Source: Blastocystis sp. Blastoise (Eukaryota; Protista; Bigyra: Opalinata). Taken from it: 64,000 nt of DNA. The stretch spans positions 682,001 through 746,000 of the forward strand of contig JBBPEB010000034.1 in assembly GCA_039096225.1 (NCBI GenBank), read 5' to 3'. Numbering within the stretch: the first letter of the stretch is position 1; each line of letters opens with the position of its first letter. The translations under genes and the position numbers were made by a program. Below the pieces are notes generated by a model, which was given only the letters and a program-made list of their open reading frames with translations, did not search any database and was not told where the DNA came from. Below are positions 13,009-28,131 of the stretch, one piece after another.

Positions 13009-14056
13009 ATCCAATACAAATATGAATTTCATATTTTTTCATTACTTCGAAATTTCTTTTTAGACAATAGAGATTTTTGTTTATTCATGTTTGTAATGTA
13101 AAACCATTATGAAAAAAAATTGAGATAATTCGTATAACCCATACAAACAAAACAACAATAAATGACAAATAAAGAATGAATATTGTTGATAAAAAAGAAA
13201 TGAAAGAATAAAAAGCACAAGAAAATAAAGTAATGTAAGATAAATAGTTAATAAAAAAGTTATTATATTCATAAATAAAAAAGAAAAGAAATAGGTATGA
13301 AATAAAAGAAAATAAAGAAAAGTCCGATATAGTACATAGAGATGATAAACATTAAATAAAGAAAACATGCCATAATGAACAAGATATTATAACATGACAA
13401 AATAAATAAATAAATATATAGAAAATAAAATAAATAAATTAGAAAAAATACATAATTGATAAATAATAATTAAAAAAAGAATCGAAATGGTTTATTAAGA
13501 AGAAATAAAAAAAAAAGAAGATGAAAAAATATATATAAATATACATATACATAAAAAAGAAGATAATATATACATAATAATGAATAAGGAAAAAAAAATA
13601 AATATTATATATTAATAAAGATAATAATGATTGAATTAGTTATACATATATACTCGTGAATAGACAATCATATCGTTAATATAATGAGAGACGAAAGTAT
13701 AATAGAAAAAAAAAATATATATATATATATACAATCAGGGTGGTCAAGAAAGAAAAGTATGAAAAATACATATATAAATAGATATATCAAAAATAGTTGA
13801 CAAAGATCTAATGAAGAAAAGATCATGTTACAAATATTGAATACAATAAAAAAATTATTTAAAATAGTATATAAATATATATATGATTATATGACGAAAA
13901 TTATAATAGTAATAACTGAAAAATATATTTAATAAAAAAAATAGATAAAAAAAATATAAAAGTATATATATTAAAAGTATATTTATAAAATATATATATA
14001 TATATATAAGAAGAAATGGTTTAAAATAAATAGTAAAATGAATGTTAAATATATGT

Positions 14057-17000
14057 TTAGAATATTCTGAAGAGTCGTCTTCGAGGTTGAATGGAATTCG
14101 TTGTGATATTACTCTTAAGGGTATCAATAGAAATGTGAATATTCGCGGGAATATCAGAGGGGAAGGAGGAGAGAAGGAAGGATTGAAGAGAAGGAGCTGA
14201 TTGTTGGACAGTTGTATAAAAAGATGTTCCAGATTCAGAGAGGGTTTCGTAACGTACGGAGAATTGTGTTATATCTTTTTCTTTGTTATTAATTGATTTA
14301 AATGTATGTATATCACAGTCAAAAAGAGGTACTGATGAGACTCGAATAAAGAATCTTTGAATAGAATGACGTATATTACAAGTAACTTTATGAAGAGAAA
14401 GATTTTCTATATAGAAAACAACATCAATAAAACTTCTTCCAATAGTAGGAGTTTTCAATTTACATCCATCATATTGACTTTGTTTAAATTGAGGTTTTTC
14501 TTCATATCCACATTCAGTTATAACTTCTCCAATATAATTACTTGTTGAAAGTAAACTATTGGATAAATCTTCACATGGTGTATTTAATAATTCTCCTACA
14601 AGTATAGACTGATCGTATTCTTTATTATAACAATACACATTTTTCTTCTCTATTTCAGGAGTAGAACTATGCATATTAATATAAAACATAGGTGAAAAGG
14701 AATAAGGATCATGATATCTCAAGAAGTTCGTTATAAGTAATAAATTCTTCTCTAATAACTCTTGTATATTATTTTCATCTCCATATTTAACAGTTAATAC
14801 CACATGAATAATAGTATATACATGATTTTCATGCTTCTCTTCCACTCCAGGCCATATATGTATACCTTGAAGAAGAGGACCTAACAAATGAATAATACTT
14901 CTTATATTCAGAATATGTGTTTCTTGAGTATATAGATATAATGGGAAATAATGATATTCTAATTGATATACAAGAGCTACTCCTCCTTTATCTTCAAGAG
15001 ATAAGATACAATCCTCTACATTCTCATCACTCCATGATACACTTCGAGTAGATGCGTCATACTGACATGTACGCGTCATCATTCCATGCATGTATTTACC
15101 TTTACAAGGAAGTGAAGCAATTCCAGTAGCTTTTGTTTCAGGCCATCTATTATGATTATAAGTAGAAGCAGGACAAATAGATGTAGTTTTGAAACATTTG
15201 TTGTTATAAACATATTCATTAGCTTTACATATAGTACATCCAACATTTCCATATTTATTCTTCACAAGGATACCTGTACAGGGTTTACATATAGAAGCTT
15301 TACCTTCAGAGTATGTATTATCTTCACAAATATGATTTTCGATGCCATCGGGACATGCATGACCTTGAAGACAAGGAAGACAAATATATTCATGATTATT
15401 GTTATAGTATTGTTTATAATAGCCAGATGTACAAACACCACAGTGATTTTCCGGATTTATGGCCCAAATACCGTTAATGGAACAGGAACGTGATATATAT
15501 CCATCAATACCACAAGGTATTTTCATAATTTGTCCTGCAGGTGTATGATTAAAGGATATTGTATAGTTAGCTATAGAGAAGAGAGAAGAAGGACAATGAT
15601 CACGAACACATTGTCCTGAAATAGGACCCCATTCAGCAGTTTCAAGACAATATCTAGAGACAGTTCCAGTAGCTCCATTAGGACAAGAGAGAGCAATAAA
15701 AGTTTTTATAGAAGAAGTAGGCCATTGAATAGAGTTAATTTGATCGTAATCTGTATGACATTCTGGATATTTACATGTGTTAAGAGGAGAGCTCCATTGA
15801 GGGGGATATTGAGGGAGACATGTGATACGGATAGATCCTGAATAATTAGAGGGACAAGGAAGAGAGAAGGAGTCTCCTGTGGGAATTAATATATTATCTC
15901 TAGAGCAATAGGTTTCTGTAATATTAATAGAAAGAGAAATAGAGACTGAACTAATATCATTGAATAATTGGAGTTTATATTGTGTTGTAGGTATAACATC
16001 TAGAGCAAGACCATAGAGTGCACGATTCTTTAAATCTAATAGAATTCCATGAGGGAATGTAGTTTCTTCGTTATTAATATTATATACAGTGAAGTATGTT
16101 ACAGGACCTAGATAATCAAGGGGAATAAGAACACGTTCATAGTGATTCGCTTGGAAAGTGATTTGAGTAGTATGAACAGAGAGTGATGAATATTCACAAG
16201 TATTGTTAATTTGTTCCCATTGAACTTGATGACCTTGAAGTATACATTTTCGAGAGAGACTTCCAGATGTATGAGGAGGACAATGATCTGTATATTCTAT
16301 ACTAATATTTACAGGAGTTGAAGGCCAAGACACTCCTTCTGTTTCTTCAAAAGGACATAAAAGAGGTAAACAATACATTTGCTCATTCATCCAAATACCT
16401 TCTGTATTACAGCTACGACTTATATATCCTTCATATCCAGGGTCACAAATAGAATAAAGAGTATCTCCTATATTAGTATTAGGATAGAAACGATTATTGA
16501 TTTGGGAAGAGGGACAATATAACATAGAATATAATAATAAAGTATTGGATTCTAAGTTAACCATTCCTTTTCCATTATGAACTACATCACTTGGAAGATA
16601 TATAGATATATATCCTTGTTCATAAATAGATAATTGAAGTTGTATACTGTAATCATCAATAGACTTATATGTATGTATTTGTGCATTTGTAATTTGAATA
16701 TCATTTATATTAATATCAACAACAGGTTCACTAAATATAATATTAATATTATAATATTTATTATATATATGTGTATTACCATCACTAGGAAGTATCCATG
16801 TACTTATATATTCAGGAACATATATTCCTCGAATTCTATATGTATTATCTAATGGAAGGTTTTCTTGGTCACTATAATCTAGTCCAATATTCTCGGGAAT
16901 TTTGACTTCATAAGGTCCTGGTGATAAGACAGTAATATAAACATTATATTGACAATCTGTAAGAGCGATTACTGAGTCTATTTGACAGTTAATAAGAGTA

Positions 17001-20000
17001 AAAGGAGCATATTGATCTAATTTGAAGGCTTCAGAGAATAATAAATCAATCTTATGATGTTGTTTCTTGAATTCTGTCGATAGATTATGTTTAATAATAA
17101 CACTAGCTTGTTCTACATCAGTAGAGAATGATAGACTATTTAGAGTAATATCGACAGCGGCTGAATCACTTCCAACACCAAATATACCTACACGATATCC
17201 ATCTATATATTTATAATTACTATTGGATTTTTTAATTCTCCAGAATCCATCATTTCCATAACGGAAGGCACATGTATATATACCATTTTCATCTCTACTA
17301 TATTTAAGCCAAATATCAGTATGTCGATTAGCATCTTTAGGAAGTGGTTCAAAATCTTTTGTATTTAATATATCTCCTAGAAGGAGACTTGGAGTAATGA
17401 AGCTATAATCAATTAGACATACTGGTAATAAGGAATCTCCATCTGTATTAAATGTACCAAATCCAATGATTTCCTTTGTAGGATAACTAGGGAAAGAGAT
17501 TTTAGTAGTAATACTAAATGAAGGAGGAACATTTGTATAGAGAACAGGAAGGTTATTTCTTGAACTAGTAAAAGAGATACCTTCTTTAAGATGCATAATA
17601 ATATGTCCATTATAAGATTCATAAGTGGCCATAGAAGAAGTAGGTTGATCTTGTTTGAAGAGATCTAAATAATTATAAAAAGGATGGTCATAAGAAACAA
17701 ATGTAGTTGGAATAACAGTGATATAATTCATACCTCCACAATAAGAAGAAGAAGAACCACTACAATATATATTACATTTAGTATCTAGGACACGATTTCC
17801 ATGAATATAATCAAGTGAAGGATAACATATACATTGATTTCCTTGATAAAGCCCATAGTATTGATGATATGGTGCACATAAATCATGACATTTCTCTAGA
17901 GTTAAATCTTCTAATATAGAGAATGATGTATATAGAGGAGAATATTCAACACAATATCCTCTATGAATAGGACGATTTAAATGAATAGAACCACCAACAG
18001 TAGAACCTGAAAATGTATAATAACGTGCTTCAAATAAAGGATCTCGGTAGGTTATAATAGTTTTACCTTCTGTTGATTTCACTGTAAAGACTACATTATC
18101 TCCTTCTTCAAATACTTGTATATGGAATATCACAGATTTTGTACAATCAGTAGTTGATCCAATAACTTTAGTAACACGTTGATTATTAGAGAGTTTTTGA
18201 ATTAAAGTGGATCCACATAAATTGATTTCAATTCTCTCTCTATTACGTAATGGAAGATTTGGAACAAAAGCAATTCCTAATTGTCCATTAACTGTAGAAT
18301 CAGATGGAAGATAAGTAACCATCATATCTATAGTATTCTTAAGATCTAATGACCATAGAGGAGTAAAGAAAGGATAAGGATCTTGATTAAGATTTGAAAG
18401 TGGAGGAAGAAGATAATCAACATAACGAGTAGCACTAGTTAATTGAAATATAGGACTAGAACGAGATTTCTTTGATGATTCATTAATAACTCGACTTTGT
18501 AAATAAAAGGAAGAGACACCATTAGTAGCATATGGATAGAAATAAAATTCATTAATAGAAGATCCTTGCATCATAATACCATTACTAACTACAAATTTAT
18601 CTACAGGAATAGGAGTTAATGAAGTGCTTGTAATAACCACGGGAATATGTTCTATTCCATGAAGATGGTCAACTTCAAGAGGAATATCAATCCATTGTTG
18701 TCCTTCAATATCTAAATTCTTTATATTACGTATAGACATATAAGGAGTAGAAGAAGAGAAAGCATAGTAATAAGGTTTAAAATGATCACATTTATATGTA
18801 AATAATAACTCGTTATGATTAACAGGATGATTCTGAAAGAGATTTACTGAAAGAGTATGATCTGCATATATAACACTATAAGTATGTTCTTTTAAACCAG
18901 TAATACATGACTTATGATAAAATGTTTGTAGTTCTTTCCATTCACCACTACTTAATAATATACTAATAGTTGACATATATCCATGATGATGTCCAAGTTC
19001 TATTCTATAATTATTAGTTTGTTCTTGTGAAATAGGAGATAATTCAATTCGTATTCCTCCTTGAGAAATAGCAACGAATGTAAATCCTATAGATCCATGT
19101 TCATATCCTCTCCATTCATTATCAAATAGAGGCAACTCATTACTACGATTATAGAAGAGAATAGAAGTGGGAGGTTCAAGGAGAATTGATAAAGGAGTTA
19201 CTGTACTTTCTTGGTTATTTATTGAAATAATACCTTTGTTGACATGAATATTCATGACTTTTGTTGGGAGTAAAGTTGATTTGGATTGATCATTATTTAA
19301 ATGTTCTTGAGGAATCTCTTCTAATTGTGAAGTAAGAGGAAGAATGCCAAGAACAGCACCATGAGAAGTAGTAATAAAATCTATAATATTTCCACCATTA
19401 TCTAAGATGAAATCATTTATAGAAGGTGTATATTCATGATTAAATGTAAGAGTAACGTATACAGGTAAACGATCTTTTGCTTCTTCATTATAAGTAAGAG
19501 AAACAATAGGAGAATCAATATTAATATTTGAAATAATATGAAGAAGAAGAGATACTTCAGTATTATTAATTGTTTCATTGTTATATACAGCTTGAATTGA
19601 ATTCTTTTTGAAGAGTATAGAAAGTGTAGTTTGTTGTTGATTTTCTTCTAATATAGGAAAAACATTGAATAATAGTACACGATGATTTACATCATTGTTT
19701 TCAGAAGGAAGGAGAGTTATATAACAGTTGTTAACGACAAACATATTGATATCAATATCATTTTGTGAGTCGTCTGGAGTTCCAATAAATTGTAAAGTAC
19801 CTTTATAAGGAGTACTAGAGATATCAAGAGAGAGAATAGGAAGAAGAGGAACATGATTATTATTATTAATATGAATATTACGATAGATAGAAGGTGTATC
19901 TTGACTATAAAAGGTTAGAATCGCTTGATCATAATAAATAGGTTCTTTAATACTATGAGATATAAGGACATTTTCACCTAAAATAGTGTTTCTACCAATT

Positions 20001-23000
20001 TCAAAAAGTGACTTATTACTTCTAATCCAGAGAGGAGTATAGCTATTTGTATTACATAAAGACTGAGTTGTGACTATAGTACATTGAAGAGGATAGCGTT
20101 GATGGCCAATAAAGGAATATAAACATATTTGATCTCTTTGATATCCAATATCAATAATGAATCCATAACTATTGTTATCAAATGGATATTTATGAATAGA
20201 AAAGAGAGCTTTATCTTTACATTGAACTTCCATTTCTATAGACCAATTTGAATTATTTGCATTGATATCAAATATATGTTGACGATAATAATAGGAATCA
20301 GTTATAGTAGATTTCTCATCGACATATACACCAATGAAATGAGAAGAGAATATTAGAGGATAGATACATAAGGAACTATGATATTGTCCACATATATATT
20401 GTGAATATATAATACTAGCATTTGTATTGATTGGTGTATTGGATTGTAATATAAATAAACCAGTTACTAGTCTATTTGAAATAGATATATGAGTAAGAGA
20501 TCCATTTTCAGCTTTAAATAGATTAATATCAATAGGATAATGATTTACGTTGAAATCCAATGTGAATTCAACATAAGATTGAGAGATTGGAGAAGAAGTC
20601 ATTATATTAAATAATGGTTCAGGTTCATTACAAGTAGTTACAAATACAGTATATATATCAGAAGCCCTATTAGAGTAATGTGAATCACAATGAACAGAAT
20701 CTTCTTTGATACCAAGAGCTATATAATTCGTTGAGTGAGGAGAAATGAAGAGAGTATAATTGATATGATTTGGATTGGTCTCTAATTGTAAAGTTGCTGA
20801 ATGAGGAGGAAATAGAGTAATATCATCAGTAGTTAATCCATATGTTTTTTTATTAGAATAAAAATGAAGAATGACACTTCCACAGGTTGTAAGAGGAATA
20901 GGTTGAAAAGAAAAAGAAGGACGAATAAATTGATTATATGTATTTTGAATGTTATCATTCGATAGGATATAAGGAAGAAAAGAAATTTCAGTCATACGAA
21001 TAGGTGCTTTTGATCCTATATATAGGGCATCACCTTCTCCATGAAATACTTTATTAAGTACTTTTGTATGAAGATGTTTTGTATCTATTAAAAGAGAAAC
21101 TTCAAGTTGAGAATTCGATATAACTGTAAATAGAATAATAACTTGATGCCAATTTTCAGGAGAAGGAGCAGGAACAGAGAGAATGGATTCATAATCAGTT
21201 TTTCCTACTGAAATAATGAAATATCCATTTTGAATAGAAACAGAGTAATCAATATCTTGAGAACGGTATTTATTAATAAGAAGAGTTTGTATACCTTCGT
21301 TAGTTTCTGATAAATACCAGAATTGAATAGACATCACACTATTGATAACATAACGTACAAAAGTAACATCTTGACTATTACGACAATAGAAACTAGGATA
21401 TTCATTATTAAAGTTATATGCTTTAGCTTGTTCTCCTACACTATTCTGAACCCAAGCTATAGGTAGATCTCTATATAAGCATTTCTTATCGTTATTATAA
21501 AGTTCATTTCCTGATTGTTCAAAAGTATATATACGTATAGTATTGTAGAATGTTACTGTATATAGAGGAATATCCAAGTTATAAATACCTTCTTTGGACA
21601 TATCTTGTAAAGATCCTTCTTGTACATGTATAGTAACTAGAGATAGTGTTTCATTATTAGGAAAAGTGGGAGAGAGACTGAATTGAACAGTATTATATAA
21701 TACAATAAAAGGACTAATTAATACATTTCCAGTAATAATGATTTTACTTTTATCTAAATTATGAATAGGTCTATCAAAGAGAATAGAACAACTTAATAAA
21801 TAAGTTCTAACAGAAGAATCTTTTGAATCTACAGAATCACATTGAATAATACCTGTAAAAGAAGAAGGTTTAGAAGTCCAATATATAGTAGGATTATAGA
21901 AAGAAGGACATTCTTGGAGATCATCAATAGAACGGCAAAAACCTTTGTTAAATTTAAAGGAAATCTTTCGATTAGCAAATACACCTAATAAAGGAGTAAT
22001 AATTAATGAATTTGGAGAACTTTGGAGATTATTGATACTAAGAGTACCTGTAAAAGAAGAATCTTCTATATCATAATAAGTAATATATTGATTATCTATA
22101 AAATAGACTTCTTCAGAAAATATGAATGTAATTAATTGTGTTTCTTGAATGATTCCTGTTGAAGGTTCACTAGTAATTTCAATAGAAGAAGAAAGAGGGT
22201 AATTCTTATTACTATCAAAAGGAACTATATATTCAAATGATTGAGTTGGTTTATTTGTTTTTGTAGTAGCAAATCCTTCTTCGAAATATAATTTAACCAT
22301 AAGAGTTCGAGTACCTTCTGTTGAAGGGAATGTAAGATATCCAGTAGTTTTATCAAGATTAAATGCATTCCATTCTAAGAATGTTCCATAAGCACCAGGA
22401 AGAGGATCTACATGGACTTTTGTGAAATTAACATTTGTTATTGGTTCTGTGTATGTAATAGAGATAGAGACAGGGTTTTTAATTGTTCGAGAATGATCAA
22501 TGATTAAAGAAGGAAATGAATAATCGTTAAACCAAGATTGAAGAACTGAAGAAGTAACTGCATATTTATATACTTTTAATTGTGTAAGTGTAAGTTCTTG
22601 AGTTCCTCCTAAAATGATAGATTTACTAAGAATAGGAGTATGTTTAGAATAAGCAGAACAATTCATAAATTTATTGTTAATAGAAACATATTTAATTGTA
22701 CCCTCAACAGTATCAGAGAAGTAACTAAAGGCTACATGATACCAATTATTAATTAAAGCAATAATATTTGTATTAAGGAAAGAACAAGCATTTCGATCTC
22801 GACCAGTATTTACATTAATATAACCAAAAGCATCAATTACTATAGAAAACTCAGTATAATCATCATTTATTATTTTGAAAACATTTTGTTCTCCTTCTTC
22901 ATGAATTTTAAACCAAAGAGAAACTGATAATTCACCATTTTCAATATTAAAGAACTGATTTCCTAAATGATCACCTACAGATTTCTCTTTAAAGAGTAGA

Positions 23001-24116
23001 CTATGTTTATAAAGTTTAATAGCTTTCTTTGGATTTCCATTCATATCCTCAACATATTCACTATATCCTTCTATATTGTTAAAACTATTAGTTTCTTGAA
23101 ATAGTTCTTCTATATAAGGTGCTTTACGGAAAGGTATATGAAAGAAAGGAGAGAAATGTGAATTAGTTTGAAGTATATCTCCTTCATTAGAGAGAAGGAA
23201 TCCAGGATTAAAGAGAACTGTAAGATCTTCTTCTTCTCTATTGATTAAAATAGTATATTCAGGTGTAACTGAAGGATCTTGAATAACACGTATTATCTTA
23301 GCATTATTAGTAAAAATGACTTTTGTAGTATCAACATGACATTGTTCCATACCACAATCAATTGATATAGGAACACGTTTTAGATATTGTGAGTCTTCAG
23401 GAGTATGAATAAATACTTCTACAGGTCCTCGTGTACATTCTGAAGTAACATCACCCCAATTTCCATCAATACATGATCTTTGACGATTTCCTATATAACC
23501 ATAACCACAATCAATAGTACGTGTATTGCCATTCTTAGTTGTAGGCCAAATAATACCATTTGTTTTAATACGAGGACAAGTAAGTTGATTACAAAGATCT
23601 TCTATTTGTTCCCAATGAGCAGTTTCATTACAATAACGTATATATCGGCCAATACCACTTGAACAAGAAGATTCAGACCAACTATAGGTTTTTGTTTCAA
23701 GAAATGTTTTCTCACCTTCAATGATAGTAGGACAAGTATTTTGAATACAATTATCAACAACTGACTCCCATTTAGGATAAGTAGTATCTGAACACTTTCT
23801 TGAAATGATTCCATTGAAATATCGACTATCACCACAAGATTCATAAGATATATCACCTTTTCTTGTAGTAGGCCACCCATTAGATGCTAAACAATAGTAT
23901 TCTTCAGTTATAGACGTGGAAGCAAGTTGTTCTAATCGTCTTTTTGATGTTGTTTCATCATTAAAATCATTAGATCTAGATTGAAAATCATAAAAATCAA
24001 GAGGAGAACCCCATACAAACAAAATAAATTGAAGAATAATGAAAAATTCTAAATACGATTAGTAATAAAGAAATATAACAATAGGTTTATATACCCGTAA
24101 GTTGATAGAATCTCAT
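14057..24116 (-). CDS. ~3,340-aa secreted or surface mosaic protein: Cys-rich HRM-like repeats, LamG/ConA-like, Ig-like, FAMeT-like, WSC and ephrin-type Cys domains
   Basis: A 3321-codon uninterrupted ORF. Exon 1 (24116-24095) plus intron 24094-24049 gives the signal peptide MRFYQLTEFFIILQFILFVWG. Repeated C..WPTT..C..G..RxC..W units. WSC motif LEKCHDLC..YYGLYQGNQCIC..CNIYCSGSSSSYCGG. LamG-like SVSLWFK..WYHVAFSY. Confidence 0.85.
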
Positions 24117-25048
24117 TATTATTCAAATCTTTATTAAAATTTATTGATGAAAGAATAAAATAGAAATGAAAAATTAGTTTTTTTTTAGTTCATTTTATGA
24201 TAAATAACAATTGAAAATTCAAATATAAATGGGTTTTTTGATAATAACAGTGGTTTTTTATAGCTAAATATTTGGGTAATAAAAGTGATTTGTTGTCATG
24301 TATGTGAATGGATTTGGTGCTTTATTTAATGACTAATGACTGTGAATAGCTTGAGATATTATGATTATCTGTTTAACTAATCATTTTATGAAACAATTAA
24401 TTTCTTTTTGGATTTATAAAAAGTACATGATTGTCATTAGACATGAGACAAAATTTGTGATAAATTTATTCATCCTTCTTTTGATAATGGTGATCATTAT
24501 TTGTTGATTCTGAATTATTATTATTCTTTCATGTATATATGCATCACTAAAAGTCTTATTTAAGAGTAAGTGAACTATTATGATATTATATACAAGACAT
24601 ATATTATGTTTTTATAACTTTTGTTATCAAAATGATATTATTTTATATTATTTCATAATCAATAGAAGTTCATTTTTAAATATTCATAATGAATTATTGA
24701 TATTCATAAACAGATTGATATGAAAAATAAAAAATTCTATTCTGTTTTATTCCATTGCTCAATAGATATCCAAAATTAGAAGAAAAATATATCAAAGATT
24801 ACCTACTTGATATATTCGATACAAATTTTGTAAACATGATTTTTTAGTATTTTAAAAATATATGGGTATTCTATAAAATAAAAAAATGAGTTATCAAACA
24901 AAATTTACCACATTTTTTAAGAATCGAATTCAATAGTTTTCCTAATTATAACAAAAAAAAACTACGTTAATCTTCATTTAAATATATACATATACTTTAG
25001 AATATAAAATAAAATTCATATATATATTTTTTGATCATCAAAAAATAA

Positions 25049-25783
25049 ATGTATGAGCGTTTTGATTCATTAGATAACGATTCCGATATAGATCCATTAG
25101 ATGAGTATATGAAACAAGTAGATGATGATAAAAAGAAAGATGATCAATTGTGGGAAAAGAAAACATCAAAATATAGAGATCAATATAATCAAAGATGGAA
25201 TTCAATGTCTATGAAGACCCAATTTGAAAGTCAATTAGAAGAGAATTTATCTACTCCATTATCGAAAAGTGGAATAGGATTTAAATTATTACAGAAAATG
25301 GGATTTAAAGAAGGTGAAGGACTTGGAAAAGATGGAAATGGAATTGTTGAGCCTATTAAGATTCAATATAAGAATGATAATTTAGGTATTGGTCTTGAGA
25401 AACCTAAAGTTTCTCTTGTTCGAATAAAACAAAAAGAAATTGAAAGAGAGAAAGTATTTCAAAAGAAAAGGCAAACATATCAAGAATATGTTCATGATAA
25501 ATATGAGATGAAAAGTTATATGAAAGATATTCGTTCTGCACGTCGTGTATGTCAAACTTTAGATGAACAACATGATAAAGAACAAAATAAATATTGGCCT
25601 ATAGAGAATAAAGAAGAAGAAGAATCCTTTGAATGTATTTCTGATATTAAATCATATTTAGTAAAGATATTGATGTATTTACGGCAGACTTATCATTATT
25701 GTTTTTATTGTGGAATAGAATTTTCTTCAGAAGAAGATATGAAGAATAATTGTCCAGGAATATCAAAAGAAGATCATTCTTGA
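25049..25783 (+). CDS. GPATCH11: G-patch domain-containing protein 11-like (G-patch + DUF4187)
   Basis: G-patch motif IGFKLLQKMGFKEGEGLGKDGNGIVEPI..LGIG and C-terminal YLRQTYHYCFYCGIEF..CPGISKEDH. Confidence 0.9.
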   Translation: MYERFDSLDNDSDIDPLDEYMKQVDDDKKKDDQLWEKKTSKYRDQYNQRWNSMSMKTQFESQLEENLSTPLSKSGIGFKLLQKMGFKEGEGLGKDGNGIVEPIKIQYKNDNLGIGLEKPKVSLVRIKQKEIEREKVFQKKRQTYQEYVHDKYEMKSYMKDIRSARRVCQTLDEQHDKEQNKYWPIENKEEEESFECISDIKSYLVKILMYLRQTYHYCFYCGIEFSSEEDMKNNCPGISKEDHS

Positions 25784-25869
25784 TGTTTTTTTAAATATAT
25801 TTCTTTTTGTTTTGTTTATTTATATATTATATTAATATATATTTTATAAAATTTATTAATTAAAAAAAA

Positions 25870-25877
25870 AACAAACA
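25870..25877 (-). promoter_or_regulatory. Putative 3'-processing motif TGTTTGTT
   Basis: Exact TGTTTGTT on the - strand ~65 nt downstream of the gldA stop. Another lies at 48254-48261 (-) downstream of the zinc-finger gene. The motif is known downstream of Blastocystis poly(A) sites. Confidence 0.35.
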
Positions 25878-25940
25878 AAAAAAAAAACGAAGCGAAATAG
25901 TTCAACAAAAGTGAATAGAATATATATATAAAGATAAACT

Positions 25941-26951
25941 TTATAAGTGATGATGTTTATTCCATTGTTCACATCCATTCTTTTCAAAGTATTCTTGAGC
26001 AATAGTATTACCTCTACGAATACCTTTCATAACAAAATCAAGTTCTTTGGGAATTTGCATATTCATCATACCCCAGAATTTAGTTAAAGCATAATTAGCT
26101 ACAACAGACACAGTTTGATCATTATTAATATCTAATTTTAACTAAATAATAATAATAGTATTAGAATAGCTCAAGAGTATATAGTATATAGATATATGAA
26201 TAAAGAATTAGAATAATATACTTGAGACCAAACAATAGGAAGACCAACTTTAGTAAAGAATTCAAGAGTTTGAGCAAGTTCTTCATCTCGTAAATAGATA
26301 TTAAGAATTCTAAAAAATGTAATTATTATAGATATGATACTAGTATAGGAAATAAATAATATATAAAAAAAGGATATTGTTTTCAAGAGAAAGATGAGCA
26401 ATTACACCAAGAGCAACTAATTCACCATGAAGATAATTGCTATCAATACCTTCTAAAGCAGTTAAACCAGTACCTATAGCATGAGCAGCACCTAAACCTC
26501 CATTCTCAAAACCTAATCCACTTAATACTATATAGAAATTATATTAATAAATTATATTAATAAATTATATTAATAAATTATATTAATAAATTATATTAAT
26601 AAATTATATTATTATTATTTATAATAATAATAATAATAATAAAACTTACAAGTGTTAGCTTCAATTATATTTTCAAGAGCAACAGTAACTTTCTTGTTTT
26701 CTAAATCGTAAATAGATGAAGGAAATCTAGTTAATTTTTCATAATCATATAATTACTATTATTTCTAAGAAAATAAAGTATAAAATTAAAAATAAAAAAA
26801 TACAAAATAATAATATAAAAAAATAATAATAATAATAAAAAAAGAATAGTTATATTAATATATGGATATTTGAAGAGCAGTCATAGAGTCATTAAGAAGA
26901 GTTTCAGTACAACTCTTAGCTATAGCCTTAGCAGCAAGTCTATATATGTAT

Positions 26952-27031
<80 letters not shown>

Positions 27032-28131
27032 CATAATAATAATATATATTTACGTAGGTCTACAACGAGTAGAGTTGATACCCTAAATAAATAGTAAAAT
27101 GAGTAAGAAATAATAATACTAAATACATACAGTGTCACTTTCAAAGCATGTTCTAGCTTCGATATAAGTAGAATAAGCGTCACCAATACCAGCAGCAAGA
27201 TAACGAGCAGGAGTGTTAACAATAACTTCCGAATCCATAATAATTAAAGCAGGACTATATACTTATGTTAGTATATGTTAGTTTATAGTATATATATACT
27301 TGACATAGTTAAAAAGAGCATAATCACGTTCCCCATTTTCTTGATATACAACAGAAAGAGAAGCAGTAGGAGAATCGTTAGAAGCCAAAGTACTAGGGAA
27401 TATAATATAATAAATAAATAAATAATATATATTAATAATATATGTATACGGAACAACAATAACAGGAATATTACATAACTATGTATTTGATTAAGAAATA
27501 ACAATCATACAATCATAATATATATATATATATAGAAAAGGATACAGTACCCACAGCACGAGTGGTATCAATAGCTTTACCGCCTCCTAAAGCGATCATA
27601 AAGTCGACACCTGACTTCTTATGAACTACTTCGCAAATACTATCAATACCTACTTGACTATATATATATATATATATCATATGAATAATCACATAACAAT
27701 CATATAAATATTAATAAATAATAAAGTGAATAGCATTGACATACCTACATTGACCATTGAAAGTGAAGAATTCACACTCTATCTTATTTTCTTCAAAAGA
27801 CTTTTGAACTAAGAATAATAATAATTACATATAAAAATACCCTAAAAAAATATAATTAAAAAAAAACATACTTCTTTCTTGGAATCTCTTAAGACCACCA
27901 GCAGAAGAAACAACAATAACAGATCTCTTTTCATTGAAGGGACTGATACCAACAATATATTTACCAATATTACTCAATACATCTAGGTCAAGATTAGAGC
28001 AAAACATGTTGTTATGATCTAGATATACTTGGGCCTTGAATATACTTGCTAGGAGAAATAAATAATCTAGGATTGTCAATTTCTCTAGTGAAGTAATTCT
28101 TCATATGATAACTCTTCATGACATTAGACAT
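25941..28131 (-). CDS. gldA: Glycerol dehydrogenase (Fe/Zn-ADH family), multi-exon
   Basis: Spliced motifs RLFISPSKYIQG, ALGGGKAIDT, PTLASNDSPTASLSVVY, PARYLAAGIGDA, LSGLGFENGGLGAAHAI and LHGELVALG. ATG at 28131, TAA at 25941-25943. Confidence 0.9.

Noticed and set aside
13081-14050. F/Y/I/L-rich short ORFs here and at 48046-48797 and 52653-52865
   Set aside because: Compositional artefacts of A-rich intergenic or 3' UTR DNA.
25783-25941. Stop codons created by polyadenylation, as in Blastocystis
   Set aside because: Every gene end I could trace has a genomic stop codon. Transcript data would be needed to show otherwise.
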